The position numbers and the translations under genes are program-made. 64,000 bases of DNA, taken from contig JBHLLO010000002.1 of assembly GCA_048885535.1 (NCBI GenBank), positions 16,952-80,951 on the forward strand, read 5' to 3'. This document shows, piece after piece, positions 36,815 through 45,729 of the stretch (within the stretch, counting starts at the first letter, position 1; each line of letters starts with the position of its first letter). This DNA is from Candidatus Hermodarchaeota archaeon. GTDB lineage: Archaea > Asgardarchaeota > Lokiarchaeia > Sigyniarchaeales > SOKP01. Below the pieces are notes generated by a model. The model saw only the letters and a program-made list of their open reading frames with translations. It did not search any database and had not been told where the DNA came from.

Positions 36815-37489
36815 AAATTCTATTTCTTCAATCTCATCAGCTATTCGTTTAAGGAAGGAAGCTGTCAAATTTTCATCTTTTTCCTTTAACAAGAGGAATA
36901 ATCTAACAAGATGCTTGCAAAACTTTTTTTCCACTGATTTTCTTGTCTGGAAATCATGACAATTATGCTTCAATTTTTTTTTATTTAAATCTATTTTAAG
37001 TATATAAGCTTCCTCTTTAGACCCTTTCACAGTTGCATCTATTAAACCTTTATCTAAGTTAATTATTCGAAAACTAAATGCTGATTCAGAAATACTGACT
37101 GCTCGATTTATTGTCGATTTATCTGAAAATCCTTTTAAAATAATATTAAATTCATTTTTACTGTTTTTTTGGAATTGATTACTAAGTTTAATTTGTATTT
37201 TATAAGAAGCCATTTTTGCTAGAATGTCTAACTTTCTCTCATTTTGCCAATTTAATAGAGCTAAATTTAGCTTCTTAGACAATTTAAGGTTTTTATTTTC
37301 GTCTTGTATGATAAACTGGTTTTTGATGGCGTTACTAATAAACCTTTCTGCCTCATTGGGAGAATAAAGGAACAATTCAAAAGATAATTTATATAGCAGG
37401 TCATTGAATGAAATGTATGGGAAATTTAGGATTTTCCATATATATAATACCATTTCTGAGACTTTTTGTCTAGGAATTGGAAAAGACAT
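36806..37489 (-). CDS. SWIM-type zinc-finger-like protein
   Basis: The C-terminus YILKIDLNKKKLKHNCHDFQTRKSVEKKFCKHLVRLFL fits the SWIM layout, with HxC in place of CxC followed by CxH. It lies between cdc6 and the PolD small subunit gene. Confidence 0.5.
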   Translation of the reverse strand: MSFPIPRQKVSEMVLYIWKILNFPYISFNDLLYKLSFELFLYSPNEAERFISNAIKNQFIIQDENKNLKLSKKLNLALLNWQNERKLDILAKMASYKIQIKLSNQFQKNSKNEFNIILKGFSDKSTINRAVSISESAFSFRIINLDKGLIDATVKGSKEEAYILKIDLNKKKLKHNCHDFQTRKSVEKKFCKHLVRLFLLLKEKDENLTASFLKRIADEIEEIEFLN

Positions 37490-37522
37490 GAGAAGTAGAT
37501 TTGATTTATTTAATATATTTAA

Positions 37523-39298
37523 TTAATAATTGCTTTTTAAGTCTAGTTCAAATGCTTTTAAATCATCTAGTTGAATAATTGGTACTATTCCTGGTGTTGG
37601 ATTTATTCCAAAACTCTTCATAAAATCTGTTTGGGCTTGAAAGCATCCAGAATTGACTAATGTTATGTTATTATACTTTCCACTTCCATTTATATGAATA
37701 TGTCCCGTGTGAAAAATGTCAGGAATATTATCTATCACAAGCCAATCTGTTTCTAAAGGAGCTATTTGTGTTTTTTCTCCGTAGACGGGAGCTAGGTGCC
37801 TGCAGATAAGAAGTTCTTTCATAGCATCAATAGGCTTATTAATATCTAATTCGTGTATCAATAAATTTAAATCGTGAATGCTTTCCCCATGATAAATGAG
37901 AGTATCAACATTGTGAGTCTTAATTAAAGAAGGATTGCCTAGGCATGATACATTTAGATTCAGTAAGTCTAAACTATACTTCTTGGAAACTGCGGGTCTA
38001 GGAATTGCGTTTCTCACGGGTTCATGATTACCTGATACATAAAAAATTTTTATATATTCAGGAATTTGGTGTACAAATTCTAATGCTTTTTTATATTGAT
38101 CATAAATATCTGAAATAATTAAATCTTTTTGTTGGTTAGGGTAAACACCAATTCCATCTACCAAATCACCATTTATTATAAGATACTTTACTCTTCCAGC
38201 AATTTCTCTTAATTTTTTATTACCTATTTCTCCATTCAAAAATTTGATGAATCTTTTGAATAAAGGTTCTTCAAACTCTTTACTACCAATATGCGTATCC
38301 GAAATTAAAGCGATAGAAATAGGTTCGAATGACTTATTTGGTTGATAATCTCTAGGGAGTTCTGCTTTTGAAATATAATTAGCGAAAATAATTCCATTAT
38401 TAAATTTATCACCCTTATTGTAAAATCCCTTTACGTAGATCATTTGATCATAGATAGTTCTTTTAATTGTTTTAATAGAATCTTGATCCTCTAAATCTTT
38501 TCTAACAAGTACGTTGATTATTCCCGTTAGATCTTCTAAAGCAAATAAATAATTTCCATTTTTAGTCTGACGGATATCTTTAACTAATCCTATCAGTGAT
38601 ATTTCATTTTCTTTTGGAAACCTATCAAGATTTCTTATTTTAACTGTTGAACGAATATCAAATCGCTTCTTCATAAGAGATTCCAGCTTTTCGAATTTGT
38701 TTAAAGTTAATCTGTAAAAATCAGAATATTCTCCATCTGTATATAACTTTCCTGTTGGATCCTTTAGAATTTCATATTCGGCTTCATAATTCTTAGCAAT
38801 GGGAGAAAAGTGAGTAGTTGATTTAGTCGCTCCACTCTGTCTAAACTTTTGTTCTATAGAGTTTAATAAATCTTTATCAGAATTCGATGCCTTTCCTATT
38901 TGTGAATTTATATTATTCGATTCTGGTTCTATTATATTATCTAACTCTTGAGTTTCACTTTCAATTTCAATATTTAAGGATTGATTTAACAGGTCCCCTT
39001 CTAAAGCTTTCTTCTTAATTACTCTTTTTAACACTTTTTGTATTTTTTCATTCGAAATTTGGAGTAAAATATTTTCTGTTAGGTGACTTTTAAAATTTGG
39101 AATAAAGCTTAACTCTTTTATTATTAAACTTAAACTTTTTTGAGGATTCTTCAAATTTAAAATGTATTCCAAACTTTCAGGTGTAATATTAATCCCTGAA
39201 TTGACTAGCTTATTAATTATTATCCGTTTTAGTTCTATTAAATCCCTCTCCAATGATATCTCTTCCCCTTTGCAATTATAATACTTATATTGAAACAA
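37523..39298 (-). CDS. dp1: DNA polymerase D small (exonuclease) subunit DP1
   Basis: Calcineurin-like phosphoesterase motifs are present: ISDTHIGS, INGDLVDGIGVYP, SGNHEP and HTGHIH. An OB-like middle region is also present. Confidence 0.9.
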   Translation of the reverse strand: MFQYKYYNCKGEEISLERDLIELKRIIINKLVNSGINITPESLEYILNLKNPQKSLSLIIKELSFIPNFKSHLTENILLQISNEKIQKVLKRVIKKKALEGDLLNQSLNIEIESETQELDNIIEPESNNINSQIGKASNSDKDLLNSIEQKFRQSGATKSTTHFSPIAKNYEAEYEILKDPTGKLYTDGEYSDFYRLTLNKFEKLESLMKKRFDIRSTVKIRNLDRFPKENEISLIGLVKDIRQTKNGNYLFALEDLTGIINVLVRKDLEDQDSIKTIKRTIYDQMIYVKGFYNKGDKFNNGIIFANYISKAELPRDYQPNKSFEPISIALISDTHIGSKEFEEPLFKRFIKFLNGEIGNKKLREIAGRVKYLIINGDLVDGIGVYPNQQKDLIISDIYDQYKKALEFVHQIPEYIKIFYVSGNHEPVRNAIPRPAVSKKYSLDLLNLNVSCLGNPSLIKTHNVDTLIYHGESIHDLNLLIHELDINKPIDAMKELLICRHLAPVYGEKTQIAPLETDWLVIDNIPDIFHTGHIHINGSGKYNNITLVNSGCFQAQTDFMKSFGINPTPGIVPIIQLDDLKAFELDLKSNY

Positions 39299-39522
39299 AA
39301 TTTAATGGTTTGTTATTAAACTAAAAACAAATTATTCTTTTTTATAAATTGGGAGGGTTCAAAATATCAATATCATAGTATTAAAGGGTTTATTAAAAAT
39401 TCTTTAACTCTATCAATTAAAATAGAGGGCGTCAATTAGCCTATTAATAAATTAATTTATTTAGTTTATTGTTATTAAGAAGATAAATTTTTTTGTATTA
39501 TTTTTTTTAAAGCTGATTAACT

Positions 39523-42500
39523 ATGGTTGAAATGTCTAATGAAATGGAAAATTATTTTTCAGAGATTCAAAATCAAGTAGATGATTGTTATAACATAGCA
39601 GAAAAAGCTCGTAAAAAAGGTTTAGATCCTGAGATGTTTGTGGAGTGTCCACAAGCAAGAGATTTAGCTGGAAGAGTAGAAAAACTTGTAGGCCCAGAAG
39701 GAGTTGCTAAACTTATAAGAGAACTTAAAAATAAGGGAAAAAGCGATGATGAAATAGTATTTCAAGTAGTTAAAGATATATTAGATCAAAGAGTTGGCAA
39801 TATAAATTCATTAGAGGAGAGGGTGGAAAGAGCGATTAGAGTCGGTCTAGCTATAAAAACTATGGGGGTTGTGAGTGCTCCTTTGGAAGGAATTTCAAAA
39901 ATACTCGTTCGAAATGATAAGCAAGGAAATAGATACCTCTCACTTTATTTTGCGGGACCAATAAGGGCCGCTGGAGGAACAACGGCAGCATTATGTGTTT
40001 TAATTGCTGATTATGTTAGAGAAAAGACAAATATACCTAAATATGAGGCCACAGAAGCAGAAATTGGAAGATATGTAGAAGAAGTAAAGCTATATGACCG
40101 GAGGGTTCATTTACAATATCCATCCTCTAACGATGAAATTAGATTTGCAGTGAAGAATCTACCTGTTGAAATAAATGGGGATTCAACTGAAGATGAAGAA
40201 GTATCAGCATTTCGAAATTTACCACGGATTGATACAAACAAAATTCGTGGAGGTGCTTGTTTAGTTTTAAATGATGGAATTCTTTTAAAAGCACCAAAAC
40301 TATTAAAAATAGCAAGTGCAATGAATTTAGAAGGTTGGAATTGGTTAGATGATTTGAAAAAAATCGCTAGTAAAGGAGAAAGCAAAAATAAAGTAAAAGA
40401 AAAAGAATTTGCAGGAAAAGACAAAAACAAAATACCCCCAAACTCAAAATTTGTTGCTGATATTATTGCTGGAAGACCTGTATTTAGCCACCCATCAAAT
40501 GTTGGGGGCCACAGAATAAGATATGGAAGATGTAGAAACACTGGTTTAGCTGCAGCAGGTATCCATCCTGCTACAATGGGAATTTTAGATAACTTTATCT
40601 CAATTGGCACACAACTAAGGACTGAAAGACCGGGGAAAAGTGCTAGCATTTGTCCTGTTAGTTCTATTGAACCCCCAATCGTCAAATTAAAGAATGGAAG
40701 TGTAGTTAAAGTAAAAAATTATAATTTAGCAGTCAAATACTTTCCAGAAGTTGAAGAGATATTATTTCTTGGTGACATTCTTTTTAGTTTTGGAGAATTC
40801 GCCGAAAATAATCATGTGTTAATACCTTCCGGTTATGTTGAAGAATGGTGGGCTTTAGATTTAGAAAAAGTAGTTAAAGACATCCAGAGTATAGATCAAA
40901 AAATAAAGGACTATATACGTAATCCATTTAGATTCAAACCTACTCCAGAGGATGCCATTAAGTTATCACTAAAGTATAATATCCCTTTACATCCATCTTA
41001 TACTGATTTTTGGGGAAATGTTTCAGTTGATGATTTAATTTTATTAAGAAATGCCTTCTTGTTAAATTTTTCAAAAAATAATGATAAATTGATTATAGAT
41101 AATGATAAGGAAGTTAAAGAAGTTTTAGAAAAAGCTTTTATTCCACATAAAGTAAAGGAAAATAAAATAACCTTTAAGAAATCTAAAAGTTATGTATATA
41201 AAATATTGTTTAATCTTAAAGAAAAGCAAAGCAACGTAGTAAATAAGGAAGAAGATGTGTTTACTTACTTTTATAGATTATCTACTATAAGAGTGAAGAA
41301 TAAAGCTCCTTATTACATGGGAACTAGAATGGGACGACCTGAAAAATCTGAGCGAAAAAGCATGAAAGGGATACACACTTTGTTTCCTCTAAGCGATAAA
41401 GTAGGAAATTCGAGATCAGTTGAGAAAGCGATGGATTTACATAAAGTAAAAATAGATGTATGTAGAAGATTATGTCCTAATTGCAATAACGTAAGTATCT
41501 TTAATTTATGTCCTAATTGTAAAACTCATACTGATTTAAAATCAATCTGTTTAAAATGTAAGAGTTTATATCCAGCATCAGATCCTCAAGAAAAGGAAGT
41601 ATGCCCAAAATGCAAGGAAATGTTGAAATCTTCAAGTGATGCTTTATTTGATATTAAATCATATATAGATATGGTATTAGATTCTCTTCAGATATCTTTT
41701 CCAAAAAAGCTAAAGGGTATTTTTGGTTTAACCAACACTTTCAAAGTACCAGAACCAATAGAGAAAGGTATTTTAAGAGCTAAAAATGATGTTTTGGTTT
41801 ATAAAACTGCTGAGATAAGATACGATGCTACTGATATACCTTTAACCCATTTTAAAGCTGAAGAAGTGGGCGTCTCCATTGAAAAGTTAAAAGATTTAGG
41901 ATATACCTTAGATTTCAAGGGCGAGCCATTAAATAGAGAAGATCAGATTATTGAACTGAAAGTGCAAGATGTAATTATCTCTGATGATTGTGCTAATTAT
42001 TTAGTTAAGGTTTCAACTTTTTTAGATGATGAATTAGAGTATTTTTATAAAATGAATAGATACTATAATATTTCCGACAAGAAAGATTTAATTGGACATT
42101 TGATAGTAGGATTAGCGCCTCACACCAGTGCTGGAATTATCGGTCGTATTATCGGTTTTTCTCCTGTAAGGGGTATTTATGCTCATCCCTATTGGCATGC
42201 GGCAAAGAGGAGGAATTGCGATGGGGATGAGGATGGAATCATGCTACTTTTAGATCCCCTTTTAAATTTTTCAAGATATTATTTACCTAGTAAAATTGGA
42301 GGAAGAATGGATGCTACACTAGTTATTGGAACATTACTTGATCCAAATGAAATAGATGTCGAAGCACATAATATAGATACACTATTCAATTATCCTTTGG
42401 AGTTTTATGAAGCAACAGAGATATATAAATCCCCTTCAGAAATAGAACATCTAATGAATCTTGTAAAAAGCCGATTAGGCTCTCCAGAACAATATGAAAA

Positions 42501-42975
42501 TATTGGGTTTAATATTCCTACAGATAATATTAACGATGGTCCGACTGTAACAGCATATAAAACCTATGAATCCATGGATAGCAAAATAGACGGTCAATTA
42601 CATTTGGCTAAAATCATTAAGGCCGTAAATGCAAAAAAAGTTGCTGAAAAAATATTGATGACACACTTCAACCCAGATATTTTAGGTAATTTGAGAAAAT
42701 TTTCTGTGCAAGAATTTAGATGTGTGAAATGTAATGAAAAGTTCAGAAGACCTCCCATTTCAAATTCAGGAAATTGTACTAAATGTGGGAATAGAGTTAT
42801 ATTAACAGTCAATAAAGGTGGAATTGAAAAATATATCCCCCGGGCAATTAAATTATGCAAAAATTTCAAACTAGATAAATATACTGTTCAGAGAATGGAA
42901 TTGATCCAAGAGTACGTTGAAAGTCTAACTAATAATCCGAGAATCAAACAGCAAAAACTTTCTGATTTTTTCTAA
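39523..42975 (+). CDS. dp2: DNA polymerase D large (catalytic) subunit DP2
   Basis: 1150 aa. The N-terminus reads YFSEIQNQVDDCYNIAEKARKKGLDPEMFVECPQARDLAGRVEKLVG, and several CxxC zinc modules follow. The length gives no sign of an intein. Confidence 0.95.
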   Translation: MVEMSNEMENYFSEIQNQVDDCYNIAEKARKKGLDPEMFVECPQARDLAGRVEKLVGPEGVAKLIRELKNKGKSDDEIVFQVVKDILDQRVGNINSLEERVERAIRVGLAIKTMGVVSAPLEGISKILVRNDKQGNRYLSLYFAGPIRAAGGTTAALCVLIADYVREKTNIPKYEATEAEIGRYVEEVKLYDRRVHLQYPSSNDEIRFAVKNLPVEINGDSTEDEEVSAFRNLPRIDTNKIRGGACLVLNDGILLKAPKLLKIASAMNLEGWNWLDDLKKIASKGESKNKVKEKEFAGKDKNKIPPNSKFVADIIAGRPVFSHPSNVGGHRIRYGRCRNTGLAAAGIHPATMGILDNFISIGTQLRTERPGKSASICPVSSIEPPIVKLKNGSVVKVKNYNLAVKYFPEVEEILFLGDILFSFGEFAENNHVLIPSGYVEEWWALDLEKVVKDIQSIDQKIKDYIRNPFRFKPTPEDAIKLSLKYNIPLHPSYTDFWGNVSVDDLILLRNAFLLNFSKNNDKLIIDNDKEVKEVLEKAFIPHKVKENKITFKKSKSYVYKILFNLKEKQSNVVNKEEDVFTYFYRLSTIRVKNKAPYYMGTRMGRPEKSERKSMKGIHTLFPLSDKVGNSRSVEKAMDLHKVKIDVCRRLCPNCNNVSIFNLCPNCKTHTDLKSICLKCKSLYPASDPQEKEVCPKCKEMLKSSSDALFDIKSYIDMVLDSLQISFPKKLKGIFGLTNTFKVPEPIEKGILRAKNDVLVYKTAEIRYDATDIPLTHFKAEEVGVSIEKLKDLGYTLDFKGEPLNREDQIIELKVQDVIISDDCANYLVKVSTFLDDELEYFYKMNRYYNISDKKDLIGHLIVGLAPHTSAGIIGRIIGFSPVRGIYAHPYWHAAKRRNCDGDEDGIMLLLDPLLNFSRYYLPSKIGGRMDATLVIGTLLDPNEIDVEAHNIDTLFNYPLEFYEATEIYKSPSEIEHLMNLVKSRLGSPEQYENIGFNIPTDNINDGPTVTAYKTYESMDSKIDGQLHLAKIIKAVNAKKVAEKILMTHFNPDILGNLRKFSVQEFRCVKCNEKFRRPPISNSGNCTKCGNRVILTVNKGGIEKYIPRAIKLCKNFKLDKYTVQRMELIQEYVESLTNNPRIKQQKLSDFF

Positions 42976-44165
42976 ATCGATTCATCTATAGTTTTTACAG
43001 CATCAAAACATATTTCTAAACATCCACTCAGATTTTTCAAATAAATTCTTTTTGGAGTGTCTTTAGAGGAATGAATATATTTAGAATCTTTTGCTGAATG
43101 AAAGCAAGCTACTTGTAGGTTTGTTTTTGTCTTTTTAGCAAATTTCTTAAAAGATATATGGTCTGTTCCTGGTCTAATTGATCGATCATAGTTTACAACA
43201 GGAATCTTATTTCTAATTGCAGAAGCCTTTAATATTTCATTTAAATTTTTATTGGTGTCTTTTTTAAAAATTCCAGTCCTATTAAGAAGACCTATATAAG
43301 ATCCAACCATATCGATAATTATACTAAAAGAGTTATCAAGATCGTAAGTTTGTTTAAACTCCTCCCTGTGTTTTTTTAAAAATCTATTTGCTCCAACTAA
43401 TCCCCATTCTTCAGCTCCACTCCAAAGAAATATTACATCAAAATTTTTAATAGGATTCCTTTTTAAGATTTTCATTAACTCAATTAAGATTGAAACCCCA
43501 GATGCATTATCAATAGAACCTTTGGATTTCTTATTATCATAAATTAATAGAAAAATTAATAAAATTATCCCAAATTCAATTCCAGTGGTAATAAATATAA
43601 ATGGTTCAAGAGCAAATCTATGTTCATATAAAGAAAATACATCAGATATGACTAATATAGAAGTAAATATCATAATCGTAAAGTATGGAATAATTATCAT
43701 TCTAAAGATAAAGAATAAGACATTTTGCAACCTGTAAGGGGCAGTTGCCGAAAATGAGTCATAATGTGCACAGAAAAAAATAACTGGTCTTTTTTCTTTT
43801 TGGTTTTCAGCTGGAATTATAGTATAAATATTTCTAGATTCTTCCTTTTGAATTAAGGAATATTCACGAAGTTTGGGGAAGAGATATTTTATTGCAAAAA
43901 AGATAATTAAAATTAATACAGTTTCATACCTTAATATAAAATAAATTATGAAAATCACATAAAATAGTCTCATTAAAGCTCTTTTAGGTCCTGTCCAGTC
44001 AAAAAATTCAATTACAGGTTTTAGATTTTCTTTATTTATAGTATTTTCAAGATAAACAAGAGCTTTTGTCTCTCCACTAGTGGTAGCCGTACGAGGGAAA
44101 GACAGTTCATATATATGATCAAGTAGGGCAATCTCCTCATATAATTTACTTTCCAAAATAGTCAT
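42972..44165 (-). CDS. Membrane-embedded M28-family metallopeptidase
   Basis: Motifs seen are FFCAHYDS, DNASGVSILIEL, SGAEEWGLVGA and DHISF. Several TM segments are inserted. Confidence 0.7.
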   Translation of the reverse strand: MTILESKLYEEIALLDHIYELSFPRTATTSGETKALVYLENTINKENLKPVIEFFDWTGPKRALMRLFYVIFIIYFILRYETVLILIIFFAIKYLFPKLREYSLIQKEESRNIYTIIPAENQKEKRPVIFFCAHYDSFSATAPYRLQNVLFFIFRMIIIPYFTIMIFTSILVISDVFSLYEHRFALEPFIFITTGIEFGIILLIFLLIYDNKKSKGSIDNASGVSILIELMKILKRNPIKNFDVIFLWSGAEEWGLVGANRFLKKHREEFKQTYDLDNSFSIIIDMVGSYIGLLNRTGIFKKDTNKNLNEILKASAIRNKIPVVNYDRSIRPGTDHISFKKFAKKTKTNLQVACFHSAKDSKYIHSSKDTPKRIYLKNLSGCLEICFDAVKTIDESI

Positions 44166-44265
44166 ATCATAATCTGATTATTTTGGGAAACTTATGTAGG
44201 TTATGGTTTTTAATAATAAATAAAATCTATTTTCTAGAAAAAAATGTCTATAATTTTAAAAAAAT

Positions 44266-44349
44266 GCAGGGAGAGGGATTTGAACCCTCGAACTCCTATG
44301 AGACTAGAGCCTCGGTCTAGCACCGTTGACCAGGCTTGGCTACCCCTGC
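44266..44349 (-). tRNA. tRNA-Leu (anticodon GAG), class II with long variable arm
   Basis: The sense sequence is GCAGGGGTAGCCAAGCCTGGTCAACGGTGCTAGACCGAGGCTCTAGTCTCATAGGAGTTCGAGGGTTCAAATCCCTCTCCCTGC. The acceptor stem is GCAGGGG/TCCCTGC, the anticodon stem is CTAGA/TCTAG, the loop is CCGAGGC, and the T-arm is GAGGG-TTCAAAT-CCCTC. Confidence 0.75.
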
Positions 44350-44559
44350 CAAGATTGAATTTTGAAATCAGTCTAATAGGATAAATTAATACTAATTATC
44401 ATTATAAATTAATGAAATAAAGTTTTGGAGATTTTAAAAATTTATTTTATCTTTTTCTTTTTGTTTCAAAAAGATTTTTATTAGAACATAGTTAACTAGT
44501 TATATAATTTATAAGATTCTTATTTCAATATCCTCAAATTGCAAAAAGAGTTGTAGATA

Positions 44560-45573
44560 TTGTCAGTTGACACAAAAAAATTGAAAGCTTTGTTGCAATG
44601 GTATTCACAAAGTATCGGGGACGATTTAGTTGCAGCTCTTGTGGTAAATAGACAGGGATTGGTTATTGATGCTCTCTCAAAATCATCAGAAAAAACTCTA
44701 GATGAAGAGATTTTGGGAGGAGTTAGTGCATTGGTTGAGCCGGTATTAACAAGAATCACCGAAGAGTTTAGTTCTGGCTCTTTTGGAACAGGTACTTTTG
44801 ATACTGAGGATTATAGGTTGATTTTTTGTGAAGCTGGACCAGAAGCAGTGTTTGTAACAATTTTAGATGCTATTGCTGGTGTAGATCCAATATTTCCTTA
44901 TGCTTATTTAACCGCAGAAAAAATTGCTAGGATTTTTGACGGGAGATCTGTAAGCCCTGTAATTCCAAAATTGATAACAAAAGAAGATTCTAAAAATATC
45001 CAAAGAAAAGTAGATAAACTTCAAAAAGTTAAAGCAAAGTCTGGTGAATATGCTTTCAAGTTAATTTTGGGAGGAGATGGTAACGTTGGAAAAACTAGTA
45101 TGGTACACAGATTTGTTGAGAATACTTTTGCTCAGGATTATAAATCTACTATTGGAACTTCAATTATGAAAAAAGAATGCAACTTTGAAGGACTTAAGAG
45201 CTCTGTACGATTTATCATTTGGGATTTAGCTGGACAAGCTCAATTCAAAAGAGTTCGGTTATCTTATTTAGCTAATGCCGAAGCAGGAATTTTAGTCTTT
45301 GATGTGACAAATATAACATCTTATGAAAATCTTGTAAATTGGTTTAACGAGATAAATAGAGCCTCACCAGACATTTCATTAATTCTAGTTGGTAATAAAA
45401 TTGATTTAAAAAATAAAAGAGAAGTTTCAACTGAGGACGGTGAAGAAATTGCTAAGAAACTTAATTTATCTTATATTGAAACTTCAGCAAAAACGGGAGA
45501 AAATATTAATGACGCTTTTAGGACACTAGCTCTACAAATGATAAAAAAATATTTAACAACTGAAGATATGTAA
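44560..45573 (+). CDS. Roadblock/LC7 domain fused to a Ras/Rab-like small GTPase
   Basis: The N-terminal 125 aa read LVAALVVNRQGLVIDALS...AVFVTILD (Roadblock-like). The GTPase motifs are G1 GGDGNVGKTS, G3 WDLAGQ, G4 GNKIDL and G5 ETSAK. Confidence 0.85.
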   Translation: MSVDTKKLKALLQWYSQSIGDDLVAALVVNRQGLVIDALSKSSEKTLDEEILGGVSALVEPVLTRITEEFSSGSFGTGTFDTEDYRLIFCEAGPEAVFVTILDAIAGVDPIFPYAYLTAEKIARIFDGRSVSPVIPKLITKEDSKNIQRKVDKLQKVKAKSGEYAFKLILGGDGNVGKTSMVHRFVENTFAQDYKSTIGTSIMKKECNFEGLKSSVRFIIWDLAGQAQFKRVRLSYLANAEAGILVFDVTNITSYENLVNWFNEINRASPDISLILVGNKIDLKNKREVSTEDGEEIAKKLNLSYIETSAKTGENINDAFRTLALQMIKKYLTTEDM

Positions 45574-45578
45574 TTAAA

Positions 45579-45678
45579 GCCTCTGGGGGGATTTGAACCC
45601 CCGACCTATTCATCCTTATGGATTATCTCCAATTCGACTGATTACGAATCAGTTGCTCTACCACTAAGCCACAGAGGC
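45579..45678 (-). tRNA. tRNA-Thr (anticodon CGU) interrupted by an approx. 29 nt non-canonical intron between anticodon stem and T-arm
   Basis: The sense sequence is GCCTCTG TG GCTTAGTGGTAGAGC A ACTGA TTCGTAA TCAGT [CGAATTGGAGATAATCCATAAGGATGAAT] AGGTC GGGGG TTCAAAT CCCCC CAGAGGC. All four stems pair once the bracketed insert is removed. Confidence 0.8.
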
Positions 45679-45729
45679 CAAAAATTTGACTAATTAAATA
45701 TAAATTTAAGAAATAATAAAATTTTTCTG

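Noticed and set aside
40107-40685. 192 aa and 60 aa minus-strand ORFs inside the PolD large subunit gene
   Set aside because: They are antisense to an unambiguous, conserved DP2 coding region and have low-complexity composition. The same reasoning applies to the other embedded antisense ORFs. These are 851..1069, 1223..1510, 2299..2514, 4921..5160, 6518..6703, 7264..7464, 11040..11267, 13267..13467 and 19981..20262. They also include 23505..23708, 23807..24070, 24989..25174, 25887..26087, 27232..27495, 27902..28123, 28165..28422, 29761..30084, 34937..35209 and 35851..36087. The remainder are 42594..42869, 44520..44759, 45690..45899, 46220..46414, 47713..47907, 50510..50749, 53630..53812, 54373..54645, 57896..58096, 57948..58169 and 62288..62479.
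39523-42975. Inteins in DP2, RpoB or NrdD
   Set aside because: All three proteins have ordinary lengths (1150, 1123 and 711 aa). No Cys/Ser...HN-type splice-junction blocks were seen interrupting conserved motifs.
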